A DNA stretch of 64,000 nucleotides, taken from Planctomycetota bacterium (GTDB lineage: Bacteria; Planctomycetota; Phycisphaerae; SM23-33). The position numbers and the translations under genes are program-made. The DNA lies in assembly GCA_022705325.1 (NCBI GenBank), contig JAKJER010000004.1, positions 129,724 through 193,723 of the forward strand, in the 5' to 3' direction. Below the pieces are notes generated by a model, which was not told the DNA's origin, ran no database searches, and saw only the letters and a list, made by a program, of their open reading frames with translations. How positions within the stretch are numbered: position 1 is the stretch's first letter; every line of letters begins with the position of its first letter. Positions 9,789 to 18,803 of the stretch are shown here, one piece after another.

Positions 9789-10694
9789 GTGGCAACGGAC
9801 GCGATACGGCCATTCCGTCATGCTGAGCGGCGAGCGGCGTTCACGCTGGTCGAATTGTTGGTGGTGATTTCCATCATCGCCCTTCTGCTGAGCCTGCTGA
9901 CGCCCACGCTGTCGCGGGTCAAGGCCATGGGCCGTCGAACGCAGTGCCAGGCGAATCTCCGCCAGATCCATACCGCCGCCACCAGCTACCAGGCCATGTA
10001 CCGCGGGGCCCTGGTGTCCGTGCACCCGCCGGTCAAGATGCCTGAGGACGGCGGGGACGAGGCATGGGTCGAACCTCCACCCGGTTGGCAGCAGCGGCAT
10101 CCCAAGTGGCCCAACAACGACAAGTTCTGCGTCAACGACATGCTCCGACAGTTCGTCGGGGGCGGCACGCTGGAGATGGCGGGCACGTCCAAGCGCGGCA
10201 ACGAGGCCTTGTGGTACTGTCCCTCGGCCTTTGAGACAAACAACAGCGCCTGGAACCACCGCCGGCTCGACTACGGCCTCAACCACTACGGGCGGGGCAC
10301 CGGAGAAACGGGCAAGTACTGGGACTCCATGAGCGGGAAAATCGAGGGCAGAAGCAACGAGGGCAACTTCCCCAGGCACGCCAGCAACATCGGCCGGACG
10401 ACGGTCATCTGGTTCGCCGACGCCGAGAATGACACCAGTCCCGAGGACATCGGCGGCGTCTCTCGCGGCAAGCTGGCCGCCGAGGGCGGAGACCACTGGC
10501 CCCTCCAGGTCAGCTTCAACCTCTACGCGTACATCCGCCACCTGATGGGGTACAACGCCGTTCAGTTCGACGGCACGGCCGTCTGGCACGACGGCGAACG
10601 GATCGACCCGGACAAGCCCGAGTCTGAACGGGCCGAAGAGGCCAGGCTCCGGGTGGAGAAGTGGTTCATCTACAAACCGCGGGTCCAAGGCTGA
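9789..10694 (+). CDS. prepilin-type N-terminal cleavage/methylation domain protein (DUF1559-like pseudopilin)
   Basis: AFTLVELLVVISIIALLLSLL class-III signal/pilin motif. No in-frame ATG nearby, so a GTG start at 9789 is proposed (uncertain). Confidence 0.6.
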   Translation: MATDAIRPFRHAERRAAFTLVELLVVISIIALLLSLLTPTLSRVKAMGRRTQCQANLRQIHTAATSYQAMYRGALVSVHPPVKMPEDGGDEAWVEPPPGWQQRHPKWPNNDKFCVNDMLRQFVGGGTLEMAGTSKRGNEALWYCPSAFETNNSAWNHRRLDYGLNHYGRGTGETGKYWDSMSGKIEGRSNEGNFPRHASNIGRTTVIWFADAENDTSPEDIGGVSRGKLAAEGGDHWPLQVSFNLYAYIRHLMGYNAVQFDGTAVWHDGERIDPDKPESERAEEARLRVEKWFIYKPRVQG

Positions 10695-10704
10695 AGGGGC
10701 GTCT

Positions 10705-12198
10705 ATGCGTCGCGGCCTCATCGTTGCCTCCCTTGCCGCGTTCTGCCTGGCGCCCGTCGCGGCCCGTGGCCAGGGCGCACCTGTCGTTCGGGCCAAGTCC
10801 AAACCAGACCGGCAGTGGAGAGAATACCCCACCCGCACATTGGAGCACCTAACGGGCTTTCGCCCCGCCGACCGCCCGATCCCTCTGTCCGCGTATGGCG
10901 GACGGGCCGACCGAAAGCAGAAGGCCACCGGCTTCTTCCGCGTTCAGAATGTCCACGGGCGGTGGTGGCTGGTCGATCCGGAAGGCTGCCTGTTCCTGCA
11001 CGTCGGCGTGGTGTCGGTCCGGCCGAACCTGTCGGCGGGCAGCCGCTCGGCCTACGAGCGGCGGTTCGGCAGCGAGGAGAAGTGGGCCGCCACGGCGGGC
11101 GGGCTGCTCGCCGACCACGGCTTCAACGGCACCGGAGCCTGGAGCGACAACGCCGCGCTGCGGGCCTGCCCGCGACCGCTCGTGTACACGCAGATCTGGA
11201 ACTTCATGAGCGGCTTTGGCGGCAGCAAGAAGCTCACCCGCCAGAAGCCCGGGCACAAGGGCTATCCCAACGACTGCTTCCCCGTCTTCCACCCGGACTT
11301 CGAGCGCTGGTGCGACCATGCCGCCCAGGCGCTGGCGGCCACCAAGGACGACCCGTACCTGCTGGGGCATTTCAGCGACAACGAGTTGCCTTTTCCCGAC
11401 CGCCTGCTTGACAAGACGCTCGCCCTGGACGAGTCGGACGCGGACATGGTCCACAATCTGCGGGCTGGGCGTCAGTGGCTCCAGCGGCGCAAGCCCTTGG
11501 GATCCCTTACGGGGGGCCGATCGGCCTCCAGCCGGGACATCACCGACGCCGATCGCGACGCCTTTCGCGGCTACGTCTTCGAACGATACCTCGAGATCAC
11601 CACGCGGGCCATTCGCAAGCACGACCCCAACCATCTCTGCCTGGGTCCGCGCCTGCACGGACAGGAGAAGAAGAGCCCCGCGGTCTTCGCCGCGGCGGGG
11701 AAGCACCTCGACGCCGTGGCCGTCAACTACTACGGCGTCTGGACGCCCGAGGCGGCCACCCTGGCCGACTGGACCCGCTGGTCCGGCCGGCCTGTGCTTA
11801 TCACCGAGTGGTACGTCAAAGGGGCCGACGCGCCGGGACTGGCCAACACCACCGGGGCCGGCTGGATCGTCCCCACCCAGGCCGATCGCGGGCGCTTCTA
11901 CCAGAACTACGTCCTGGCGCTGTTGGAGTCGCGCAGTTGCGTGGGCTGGCACTGGTTCAAGTACCAGGACAACGATCCGCAAAGCCGCACCGCCGACCCG
12001 TCCAACCTGGACTCCAACAAGGGCATCGTCGATGGGACGTTCCAGCCTTATCTGCCCCTGCTGGAGCGGATGGGCCGGCTCAACGCCCGCGTCTACGAAC
12101 TGGCGGACCATTTCGACCGCAAGACGAGGCGACAGGCCTCGTCCGCCCCAGGCGCCCGCCAGCCTGGTGGGTTGACGTCGCAGGCGGATCGGCAATAA
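10705..12198 (+). CDS. secreted glycoside-hydrolase-like TIM-barrel protein (clan GH-A-like motifs)
   Basis: Signal peptide; HFSDNELPF (acid/base-like NEP) and LITEWY (nucleophile-like) motifs. A 10-nt gap after the pseudopilin gene. Confidence 0.55.
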   Translation: MRRGLIVASLAAFCLAPVAARGQGAPVVRAKSKPDRQWREYPTRTLEHLTGFRPADRPIPLSAYGGRADRKQKATGFFRVQNVHGRWWLVDPEGCLFLHVGVVSVRPNLSAGSRSAYERRFGSEEKWAATAGGLLADHGFNGTGAWSDNAALRACPRPLVYTQIWNFMSGFGGSKKLTRQKPGHKGYPNDCFPVFHPDFERWCDHAAQALAATKDDPYLLGHFSDNELPFPDRLLDKTLALDESDADMVHNLRAGRQWLQRRKPLGSLTGGRSASSRDITDADRDAFRGYVFERYLEITTRAIRKHDPNHLCLGPRLHGQEKKSPAVFAAAGKHLDAVAVNYYGVWTPEAATLADWTRWSGRPVLITEWYVKGADAPGLANTTGAGWIVPTQADRGRFYQNYVLALLESRSCVGWHWFKYQDNDPQSRTADPSNLDSNKGIVDGTFQPYLPLLERMGRLNARVYELADHFDRKTRRQASSAPGARQPGGLTSQADRQ

Positions 12199-12250
12199 TG
12201 TGTGCAGCGGCAGCCAGCGACGACTCGCGGATTCCAGGAAAGCAGCAGCC

Positions 12251-14092
12251 ATGACTACCCATTTGAGACTCCTTGCGGCGGCGGTTCTGGGAGGATTGGC
12301 ACTTACGGGCCTGGAGCGGCCAGCCCGCGCGGACGAGCGCAAGTCCATCACGGACCAACTCAAGACCGCCCCCAAGCCCGCCCCGGCCGTTCCGGCCGCC
12401 CCAAGGCCCACCAAGGAACAGACGCTGCTGACGTACTATCTCCACATGCACCACTACGCCCTGCGGTCGCGCAACTGGCTGGTGCGGTCGATGGCCGTGG
12501 TGGGCCTGTCGAGGATCGACGACCCGAAGGTGACCGAAAAACTGCTGGAGGTGCTGGGCGGGGGCAAGACGGCCCTGTCGGCTGAGGAGTTGGCCAAGGC
12601 CCGCGAACAGCGGGCCAAAGAGGCCAAGGCCATGGCGGCGGCGGGGTTCGTTATCCCCCGCGACGAGGCTTCGGGCAAGACCGATCTGCCGGGCGACAAC
12701 CTGGTGCGGGCCTTTGCCTGGCAGGCCCTGGCCGGGCGGTACGGCTCCATGACCAGCCCGCAGCGCAAGCAGTGGCGCCAGTGGGCCGTGGACCTGTGCC
12801 GCTCCAACAGCCTGCCGGGCGACCTGAGGCTGGACCTGGTTCGCCTGCTGGAGGCCGAGGGGGCCACCGAGGAGAACCTCCAACTCTTCAGCCTGCTGTT
12901 CGCCCATACCAACTGCCTCGACCCCTACGACATGCGGACACTTCAGGCCATGCGCGAGCTGGTGGCCCGATGGAAGCATCCCGAGTTGATCAAGGCCCTG
13001 ATTGCAGCCATGGGAGACCTCAATAAAGCCTACCGGGCGGAGTACCTGCTGGGCGACCTGAAGGCCAATGTGCCCGCGTCGGCCTCGCTGGTCAAGAAGG
13101 GCTCGAAGGTCCTGTGGCGCGAGGTGCAGTCGGCGTGGGTGGAGTGGTTCAAGCAGAGCGGTCCGAAGGACGTGCCGGCGATCAAGCCGGGGCCCTTCCG
13201 CAGCCACGGCTTGCTGCCCAGGCCCGAGAAGATCACGAACGCCGACGACCCGAAATGGCGCCGCGACCTGGAGATCGAGAAGTTCCGCCTGGACCCCATC
13301 GACGTGGCCTTTGTCGTCGACGCCACCGGGTCGATGACGGCCGTCGTCAACTGGGTCAAGAGCGACGTGCTCAAGATGATGCGGGCGTTCAGCCTCATCA
13401 GCCTGGAGCCGCGCATCGGCGTGACGTTCTACCGCGACCACGGCGACGAGTACGTGACCAAGGTCTTCGAGTTGACCGGCGACGCCCACTCCCTGACCCG
13501 GGCCATCCAGTTCGCCCGGGCGGGCGGCGGGGCGGACATTCCCGAGGCCGTCTTCGACGGCCTGCGCGACACCTTCGACAAGATGGGTTGGAGCCGCGGC
13601 CAGTCCATCCGCCGCATTGTCATCCTCGTCGGCGACGCCCCGCCCCACGAGAACACCCTGGACGACATCGAAAAAATGGTCAAGGCCGCCGCCAAGCTCG
13701 GGACGAGCGTGTACTGCATCAAGGTCAAGACGCCCAAAACCGGCGACGTCGGCTGCTTCGATCAGATCGCCAGGTGGGGCAAGGGCAAGAGCATGTGGGG
13801 CGACTTCTCCAAAACCCCCCAGCCGAACTCTACCGACCTGGCCGAGCCGGTCGACCTCAATAGCCCCGACCACCAGATCTTCTGCGAAGTGCTCAAGGGG
13901 ATCACGCCCACAGGCTACCATGACCGCATCGAGCCGTTCGTGACTGTCCTGTCGCAATACGTGCAGACGCCCTCGGCTGAGAACCGCGAGCATTTCGACG
14001 ACGAAAAGACCATCAAGGCCCGCCAGGCCGCCGCCCGCGCCCGCCGGGGCCGGGGCGGCGGGGGGGGGAGGCCCAACCCCAGGGCCCAATGA
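12251..14092 (+). CDS. secreted von Willebrand factor A (vWA) domain protein with helical-repeat N-terminal region
   Basis: MIDAS motif VVDATGSM..., then GGGADIPEA and VGDAPPH. Signal peptide MTTHLRLLAAAVLGGLALTG; ATG at 12251. Confidence 0.7.
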   Translation: MTTHLRLLAAAVLGGLALTGLERPARADERKSITDQLKTAPKPAPAVPAAPRPTKEQTLLTYYLHMHHYALRSRNWLVRSMAVVGLSRIDDPKVTEKLLEVLGGGKTALSAEELAKAREQRAKEAKAMAAAGFVIPRDEASGKTDLPGDNLVRAFAWQALAGRYGSMTSPQRKQWRQWAVDLCRSNSLPGDLRLDLVRLLEAEGATEENLQLFSLLFAHTNCLDPYDMRTLQAMRELVARWKHPELIKALIAAMGDLNKAYRAEYLLGDLKANVPASASLVKKGSKVLWREVQSAWVEWFKQSGPKDVPAIKPGPFRSHGLLPRPEKITNADDPKWRRDLEIEKFRLDPIDVAFVVDATGSMTAVVNWVKSDVLKMMRAFSLISLEPRIGVTFYRDHGDEYVTKVFELTGDAHSLTRAIQFARAGGGADIPEAVFDGLRDTFDKMGWSRGQSIRRIVILVGDAPPHENTLDDIEKMVKAAAKLGTSVYCIKVKTPKTGDVGCFDQIARWGKGKSMWGDFSKTPQPNSTDLAEPVDLNSPDHQIFCEVLKGITPTGYHDRIEPFVTVLSQYVQTPSAENREHFDDEKTIKARQAAARARRGRGGGGGRPNPRAQ

Positions 14093-14110
14093 ACCACTCG
14101 GCGGTCGCGC

Positions 14111-14866
14111 TCAGTTCCTGTCCATGACCTCGTTGGCCATCCATCCGCACGCGCCGGTCCCGACGGGATCGAGCTGGTGCGGGCCAACGCTGTTGGCGTG
14201 TCCGTCGCAGTAGCCTGCGCCGGCCAGGGCATCGTGGCGAAAGTGGAACGTGGCGTAATTGGTCTTGCTTGAGCCGTGCTTGTAGAGCGGGTAGACGTAG
14301 ATCTCCTCGTTCAAGACGGCGTTCTTTGTTCGCGCGGCGTCAGCGAACAGGATGGTCTCGGTCGGGCGTCTGATCTGGTCGAGCCGCGCCGGCCTGGCAT
14401 AGCTGGTCATTCCGCAGGCGCCATCGTCAGTGTCCACGTCGGGATCGCCGGCGACGTACTGGCAGTTGATGCCGTACCCGGAGACCTGGCCCGAACCGAC
14501 GTACTTGACCGACCGGGTCGAGAAGGAAGGGCAGTCGAGCATCTTCTTGTCGCCCAGGTATCGCCACAGCGGGCCGCGCGAGACGTCCATGCAGGCCAGG
14601 CCGCCTTCCTTGTAGTACGCCCCGCACCAGGCGATCGAGTCGGGCGAGCCGATCACCCAGGCGGGCGGATAGGATTCCTCCTCCTGGGCGTACAACTGCG
14701 TTGCCAGTCCCAGGCTGCGAAGGCTGCTCTTGCAGACGGCGGCCTGAGTGAGCTTCCTGGCCTGGTTCAGCGTGGGCATGAGCATGCCCGTCAGCATCGC
14801 GATGATGGCCACGACGACCAGCAACTCGATAAGCGTGAAAGCCCGGGTGTGCGGGGCGCGACTCAT
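14111..14866 (-). CDS. prepilin-type N-terminal cleavage/methylation domain protein (DUF1559-like)
   Basis: MSRAPHTRAFTLIELLVVVAIIAML leader with the conserved Glu+5. Confidence 0.7.
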   Translation of the reverse strand: MSRAPHTRAFTLIELLVVVAIIAMLTGMLMPTLNQARKLTQAAVCKSSLRSLGLATQLYAQEEESYPPAWVIGSPDSIAWCGAYYKEGGLACMDVSRGPLWRYLGDKKMLDCPSFSTRSVKYVGSGQVSGYGINCQYVAGDPDVDTDDGACGMTSYARPARLDQIRRPTETILFADAARTKNAVLNEEIYVYPLYKHGSSKTNYATFHFRHDALAGAGYCDGHANSVGPHQLDPVGTGACGWMANEVMDRN

Positions 14867-15720
14867 GGTTGCGACTCCTGTGTGCGTTGCGGGTTCGACG
14901 TTGAAGGGCGCGTCGACCTGCCGAGCCGGACGGACCGGCTCGCGCCGGCGGCGACGACGATCTGGGGCCGGCCCGAGATCGGGTTGGGCTGGACATGGAC
15001 GGTGGCGCCATATGTCTGCAGGATCTGCTGCGAGGTCAGTACGTCCGCCACAGGCCCGGCGGCCGAGACCCGCCCTCCGTCCAGCAGGACCAGGCGGTCA
15101 CAGTATTCCGCCGCCAGGTTCAGGTCGTGGAATACGCCCGCCACCGTCAGGCCTTGGCGGCAGTTGAGCCGGGCGATGAGGTCCAACAGGGCCAACTGAT
15201 GGGCGATGTCCAGGTGGTTGGTCGGCTCGTCCAGCAGAAGGACCTGGGGCTGCTGGGCCAGGCACATGGCCACCAGGGCCCGCTGACGCTCGCCCCCGCT
15301 GATGTGGGTCACGCTGCGGTCGGCGAGGTGAGAGACGTCGGCCAGCCGCATCGCCCGCTCCGCGATCCGGCGGTCGCGGCGGCTGGGACCGCTCAGACGT
15401 CCCAGGTGCGGGCTTCGCCCCATCATCGCCACCTCGCGAACGCTGTACGGCAGATCCAGCCGCACGTCCTGTGACAGGCAACTCATCGTCCTCGCCAGCT
15501 CGCGCCGGCTGACGGTGCGCAGGTCTCGCCCCCCCAGAAGCACTCGGCCGGCGCGGAGCCCCAACACGCCGCTGACCGCCCGCAGCAGCGTGGTCTTGCC
15601 GCAGCCGTTGGGCCCCAGCAGGCCCAGGAACTCGCCTGGGCGAACCTCCAGGCTCACTCCGTGCAGGACCATCGTCCGCCCGTATCCAGCCGTGATGTTC
15701 TCGGCGGTTAGCATGCTCAT
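14863..15720 (-). CDS. ABC transporter ATP-binding protein (FecE/BtuD-like)
   Basis: Walker A GPNGCGKTT, signature LSGGERQR, Walker B LLLDEPTNHLD. ATG at 15718-15720 forms an ATGA overlap with the permease stop. Confidence 0.8.
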   Translation of the reverse strand: MSMLTAENITAGYGRTMVLHGVSLEVRPGEFLGLLGPNGCGKTTLLRAVSGVLGLRAGRVLLGGRDLRTVSRRELARTMSCLSQDVRLDLPYSVREVAMMGRSPHLGRLSGPSRRDRRIAERAMRLADVSHLADRSVTHISGGERQRALVAMCLAQQPQVLLLDEPTNHLDIAHQLALLDLIARLNCRQGLTVAGVFHDLNLAAEYCDRLVLLDGGRVSAAGPVADVLTSQQILQTYGATVHVQPNPISGRPQIVVAAGASRSVRLGRSTRPSTSNPQRTQESQP

Positions 15721-16688
15721 CCCAACCCGCGCCGGCGACGGCGCAACAGAAACAGGAAGAACGGCCCGCCCAGGAAGGCCGTCACCACGCCGATCGGAAT
15801 CTCCAGCGGCGCCAGGACGGTTCTCGCGAACGCGTCGGCCAGCACCAGCAAGCTCGCCCCCGCCAGGGCCGAGGCCAACACCAGCCTGCGGTGGTCGGGG
15901 CCGCAGGCCAGGCGGACCGCATGGGGCACGATCAGCCCGACGAAGCCGATCAGCCCGCAGGCAGCCACCGTGGCCGCCGTCACCAGCGAGCCGACCAGGA
16001 AGAAGACCACCTTGGTCCGCTCCACCGTCAGGCCCAGGTGGGCGGCGGGTTCCTCCCCGAGCGTCAACAGGTTCAGGCCTCTCGCCAGCAGCGCCGCCGC
16101 CACCGTGCCCGCCAGCACAGTCCCCGTTACCGCCCATAACAGTCCCCAATCGAAAATCTGAAGGTTCCCCAGCAGCCACCAGATTACGTTGTGCATCTCC
16201 TGCGAGGACGAGAGCGAGACCAGGAACATCAGCAGGCTGCCCATGAGCGAGCTGACGATCACGCCGGCCAGCAGGAGCGTCTGGACGCCCACTCCCCCCT
16301 CCGTCTGCCGCCCCAGCAGGTACACCAGGACAATTGTCAACGTGCCTCCCACGAACGCAGCCGCCGGCAGCGTCCATGGGCCAAGGGCGGCCAGACCCAG
16401 CAGGATCGCACCGGCCGCTCCCAACGCCGATCCGGACGAGACTCCCAGCACATACGGGTCGGCCAGCGGGTTGCGCAACAGCGCCTGGAAGATAACGCCG
16501 GCCACCGACAGGCCCGCCCCAGCCACGATCCCCAGTGCAATGCGGGCCAGCCGCAACCGGACGATCCCCGAGTCGAGCAGTTCCGAAAGCGGAACGTGCA
16601 CCGCCCCGGCGAACACCGATGCCAGGGAGGCCGCCGCCAGCACGGCTGTCAGCGCGCCGTAGATGACCCAGTCATTCGTCCTTCGCAT
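15717..16688 (-). CDS. ABC transporter permease, FecCD/BtuC family
   Basis: About 10 TM segments with a typical FecCD-family hydrophobic profile (GxxxGxxxG-like helices). Start MRRTNDWVIYGAL at 16686-16688. Confidence 0.8.
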   Translation of the reverse strand: MRRTNDWVIYGALTAVLAAASLASVFAGAVHVPLSELLDSGIVRLRLARIALGIVAGAGLSVAGVIFQALLRNPLADPYVLGVSSGSALGAAGAILLGLAALGPWTLPAAAFVGGTLTIVLVYLLGRQTEGGVGVQTLLLAGVIVSSLMGSLLMFLVSLSSSQEMHNVIWWLLGNLQIFDWGLLWAVTGTVLAGTVAAALLARGLNLLTLGEEPAAHLGLTVERTKVVFFLVGSLVTAATVAACGLIGFVGLIVPHAVRLACGPDHRRLVLASALAGASLLVLADAFARTVLAPLEIPIGVVTAFLGGPFFLFLLRRRRRGLG

Positions 16689-17625
16689 GAAGGTCGCTCT
16701 CCTTCGGGTCGTTGAGGCCGCCTGTCGGCGTATGCCCATACAACCGCTTCGCCAGGACCCGGACCCCGTCCACCAGTCGCGGTCCCGGCCGCAACAGCAG
16801 GTCGTTCGGGATGTCGCGGACAATTCGCCCCGTCTTGACCGCGGAGATATCGTCCCACCCGATCCGTCCGGCCAGTTCCTCCGTGCTTGCGGAGGACCGG
16901 CTCATGTAGGTGAGGACGATGACGTCCGGGTTCCACTGGATTATTTGCTCGGGGCTGACGCGGGGAAATGGCTGGGGCAGGTTGTGGGCCACGTTGACCC
17001 CGCCGGCGCGGTCGATCACCTCGTCGATGAAGCTGCCCCCGCCGACCGTGGTGATCGGGTCGTTCCAGATCTCGACATACACGCGCGGGCGGCGCTCCGG
17101 CGGGACCGTCCGGTAGAGGCCGGCGGTCCGATCGAGTTCCGCCCGCATGGCCGCCACGACGGGCCCGGCCCGCTCGGGCCTGGCGACCGCCTGCGCGATC
17201 GCATTAATCGCCTCAAACAACTCCCTGAAGTTCCGCGGCTGAACGTCCAGCACTCGCATTCCGGCCTTGTCCAGAGAGCCGGCCGCCCCGCGCTTGTCCA
17301 GCCCCGAGGCGACCACCAGGTCCACGCGCAAGGCCAGAAGGGTCTCGATGTTGGGCGAGCCGAAGCCTCCGACGCGCGGGATGTCCCTGGCCCGAGGGGG
17401 GTAATCGCATTTGTCAGTCACGCCGACCAACAGATCCTCCAGACCCAGGCGAAACAGGATCTCCGTTGTGCTGGGCGCCAGAGACACGATCCGCGTTCCG
17501 GCGGCCGGGCCTCCAGGCCGGATCGTCCGCCGGCCCCCCAACAGGGCGACGCCGGCGGCAAGTCCAGCCGCGACCGCCACCGCGATCAGCCACTTCCACG
17601 CGTTTGGCCCGAGGAGCCGAATCAT
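16672..17625 (-). CDS. periplasmic substrate-binding protein, BtuF/FecB (cluster A-II) type
   Basis: IVSLAPSTTEILFRLGL...DLVV motif typical of cobalamin/siderophore SBPs. Start MIRLLGP at 17623-17625; 4-nt overlap with upstream cobO. Confidence 0.7.
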   Translation of the reverse strand: MIRLLGPNAWKWLIAVAVAAGLAAGVALLGGRRTIRPGGPAAGTRIVSLAPSTTEILFRLGLEDLLVGVTDKCDYPPRARDIPRVGGFGSPNIETLLALRVDLVVASGLDKRGAAGSLDKAGMRVLDVQPRNFRELFEAINAIAQAVARPERAGPVVAAMRAELDRTAGLYRTVPPERRPRVYVEIWNDPITTVGGGSFIDEVIDRAGGVNVAHNLPQPFPRVSPEQIIQWNPDVIVLTYMSRSSASTEELAGRIGWDDISAVKTGRIVRDIPNDLLLRPGPRLVDGVRVLAKRLYGHTPTGGLNDPKESDLHAKDE

Positions 17626-18155
17626 CGTTCCACCCCGACCTGGGCGGGCAGACCCGCGTAGAATGCGTGCTTGAGGCACCGCATCTCCGTGGCGGTGTCG
17701 GCGGCCTCGATCAGGCCCGGCGTAGCGTTCCGTCCGGTCAGAACGATGCACGCGTCGGCTGGCGCGTGCTGTACGCACTCCAGCACGAGACGCTCCTCGA
17801 TCAGCCCGCACGAAACGGCCACGCAGACCTCGTCCAGGATCACGACGGCGTACCGACCGGATGCGACGATCTGCCGGGCCCGCACCAGGCACGCTTGAGC
17901 GGCGGATTCGTGGTCGGCGAAGCAGTCATCCTCTCGCGCGACGAGGAATCCTCGCCCCGCCTGGACGACATCCACCCCGGGCACGTGAGCGGCGGCGGCG
18001 ATCTCGCCGACTGTCGAGTCGTTCTTGATAAACTGGATCACGCAGACCCGCAGGCCGTGTCCAGCCGCCCGCAGCGCCAGGCCCAGGGCGGCGGTCGTCT
18101 TGCCCTTGCCGTCTCCGGTGAACAGAAGAATTCGCGGTCGATCCGTCATCATCAT
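17622..18155 (-). CDS. cobO: cob(I)yrinic acid a,c-diamide (corrinoid) adenosyltransferase CobO/BtuR
   Basis: ILLFTGDGKGKTTAALGLALRAAGHG closely matches the BtuR/CobA P-loop (IIVFTGNGKGKTTAAFG). Start chosen at the MMMTDRPR ATG triplet 18147-18155; the upstream M at 18233 is possible. Confidence 0.75.
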   Translation of the reverse strand: MMMTDRPRILLFTGDGKGKTTAALGLALRAAGHGLRVCVIQFIKNDSTVGEIAAAAHVPGVDVVQAGRGFLVAREDDCFADHESAAQACLVRARQIVASGRYAVVILDEVCVAVSCGLIEERLVLECVQHAPADACIVLTGRNATPGLIEAADTATEMRCLKHAFYAGLPAQVGVER

Positions 18156-18407
18156 CGTTCTCGCATCCATGGATAGAGGGGTCATCCGTTGGGGCCCACC
18201 CAGCGCAGGCGCCCAGGCCGCCCAAGGCGGCACCGCGGGTCAGGGGGAGGGGCCAGGCATGGCGGGAAGTCCTTTCTCGGCGACCTGGTGACGACCGCGG
18301 GCTGGCCCGGGCGCAAGGCCAGACGGCGACAGCCTGGTGGAGATTGCTGGCCGCCACGGGCGGCGCCGGACGAGCGCGTGCTTGCCCGGCCCGTGCGCGA
18401 GCGGGCC

Positions 18408-18446
18408 AACAAGAAGCCCCGGTCTCCGCGAGGGGGGCGCCGGGGC
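18408..18446 (-). terminator. candidate attenuator/terminator hairpin in the riboswitch expression platform
   Basis: Minus-strand RNA GCCCCGG-N17-CCGGGGC followed by UUCUUGUU, between the aptamer and cobO. Confidence 0.3.
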
Positions 18447-18539
18447 ATGGGCGTGCGTTCTGAGACAGTCCCGGCCGCCGATTGACTCGCGAAGGTCAAA
18501 CCAGGTTGGTTGCAGGCAGGTCTTCTGGCTTCCGGGTCA

Positions 18540-18682
18540 TCCTCTCGCCGCGCCTTCCCACCCGGACCACGCGTCCGGACAGTGGCTTTTGCGGCGGTCG
18601 TCGCCGGTTACAGCGGCGCGTCCGCGGCCGATTCACACGGCCTTCCCTTTTCGTCCGCCTGTAGCGGACAACCTGCAACGGC
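18540..18682 (-). ncRNA. cobalamin (AdoCbl) riboswitch aptamer
   Basis: Minus strand reads GUCCGC-UACAG-GCGGAC GAAAAGGGAAGGCCGUGUGAAUCGGCCGCGGACGCGCCGCUGUAACCGG ... AAAAGCCACUGUCCGG ... GGGUGGGAAGGCG. All core blocks are present in order: AAnAGGGAA, GGUGnGAAUCC, CCCGCnnCUGUAAnCGG, B12 box GCCACUG and GGGAAGGC. It lies 5' of the cobO-btuFCD operon. Confidence 0.7.
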
Positions 18683-18686
18683 AGTC

Positions 18687-18715
18687 ACTCTACAACCCGT
18701 CAAGCCGGGTGTCAA
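18687..18715 (-). promoter_or_regulatory. sigma70-type promoter for the riboswitch-cobO operon (TTGACA-17-TAGAGT)
   Basis: Minus strand: TTGACA (18715-18710), 17-nt spacer, TAGAGT (18692-18687). An AT-rich UP-like tract lies immediately upstream (18716-18750). Confidence 0.55.
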
Positions 18716-18803
18716 GTCATGTATTACGTTTATTCTTATTCATATTACGATGCCCGTGGCGCCCGATCCCGGTGCCTGGGGCCATGGGCGGCAGTTCGCC
18801 GGT

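Noticed and set aside
12080-14089. 669-aa minus-strand ORF antisense to the vWA gene, and 10849-12414 antisense to the GH-like gene
   Set aside because: Gly/Arg/Pro-rich shadows typical of high-GC antisense frames; the sense-strand genes have clear domain motifs.
14863-16377. 504-aa version of the ABC ATPase ORF with a 219-aa Gly/Arg-rich N-terminus
   Set aside because: The extension overlaps the permease gene in another frame. The canonical start is at 15720, with an ATGA overlap and Walker A about 35 aa downstream.
18241-18360. Plus-strand sequence with cobalamin-riboswitch-like words (GGGAAGUCC ... GGUGACGACC ... GCCGCCACGG)
   Set aside because: The blocks are out of order and the B12 box is degenerate on the plus strand. 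The full ordered consensus is found on the minus strand about 250 nt away, correctly oriented for the cobO operon.
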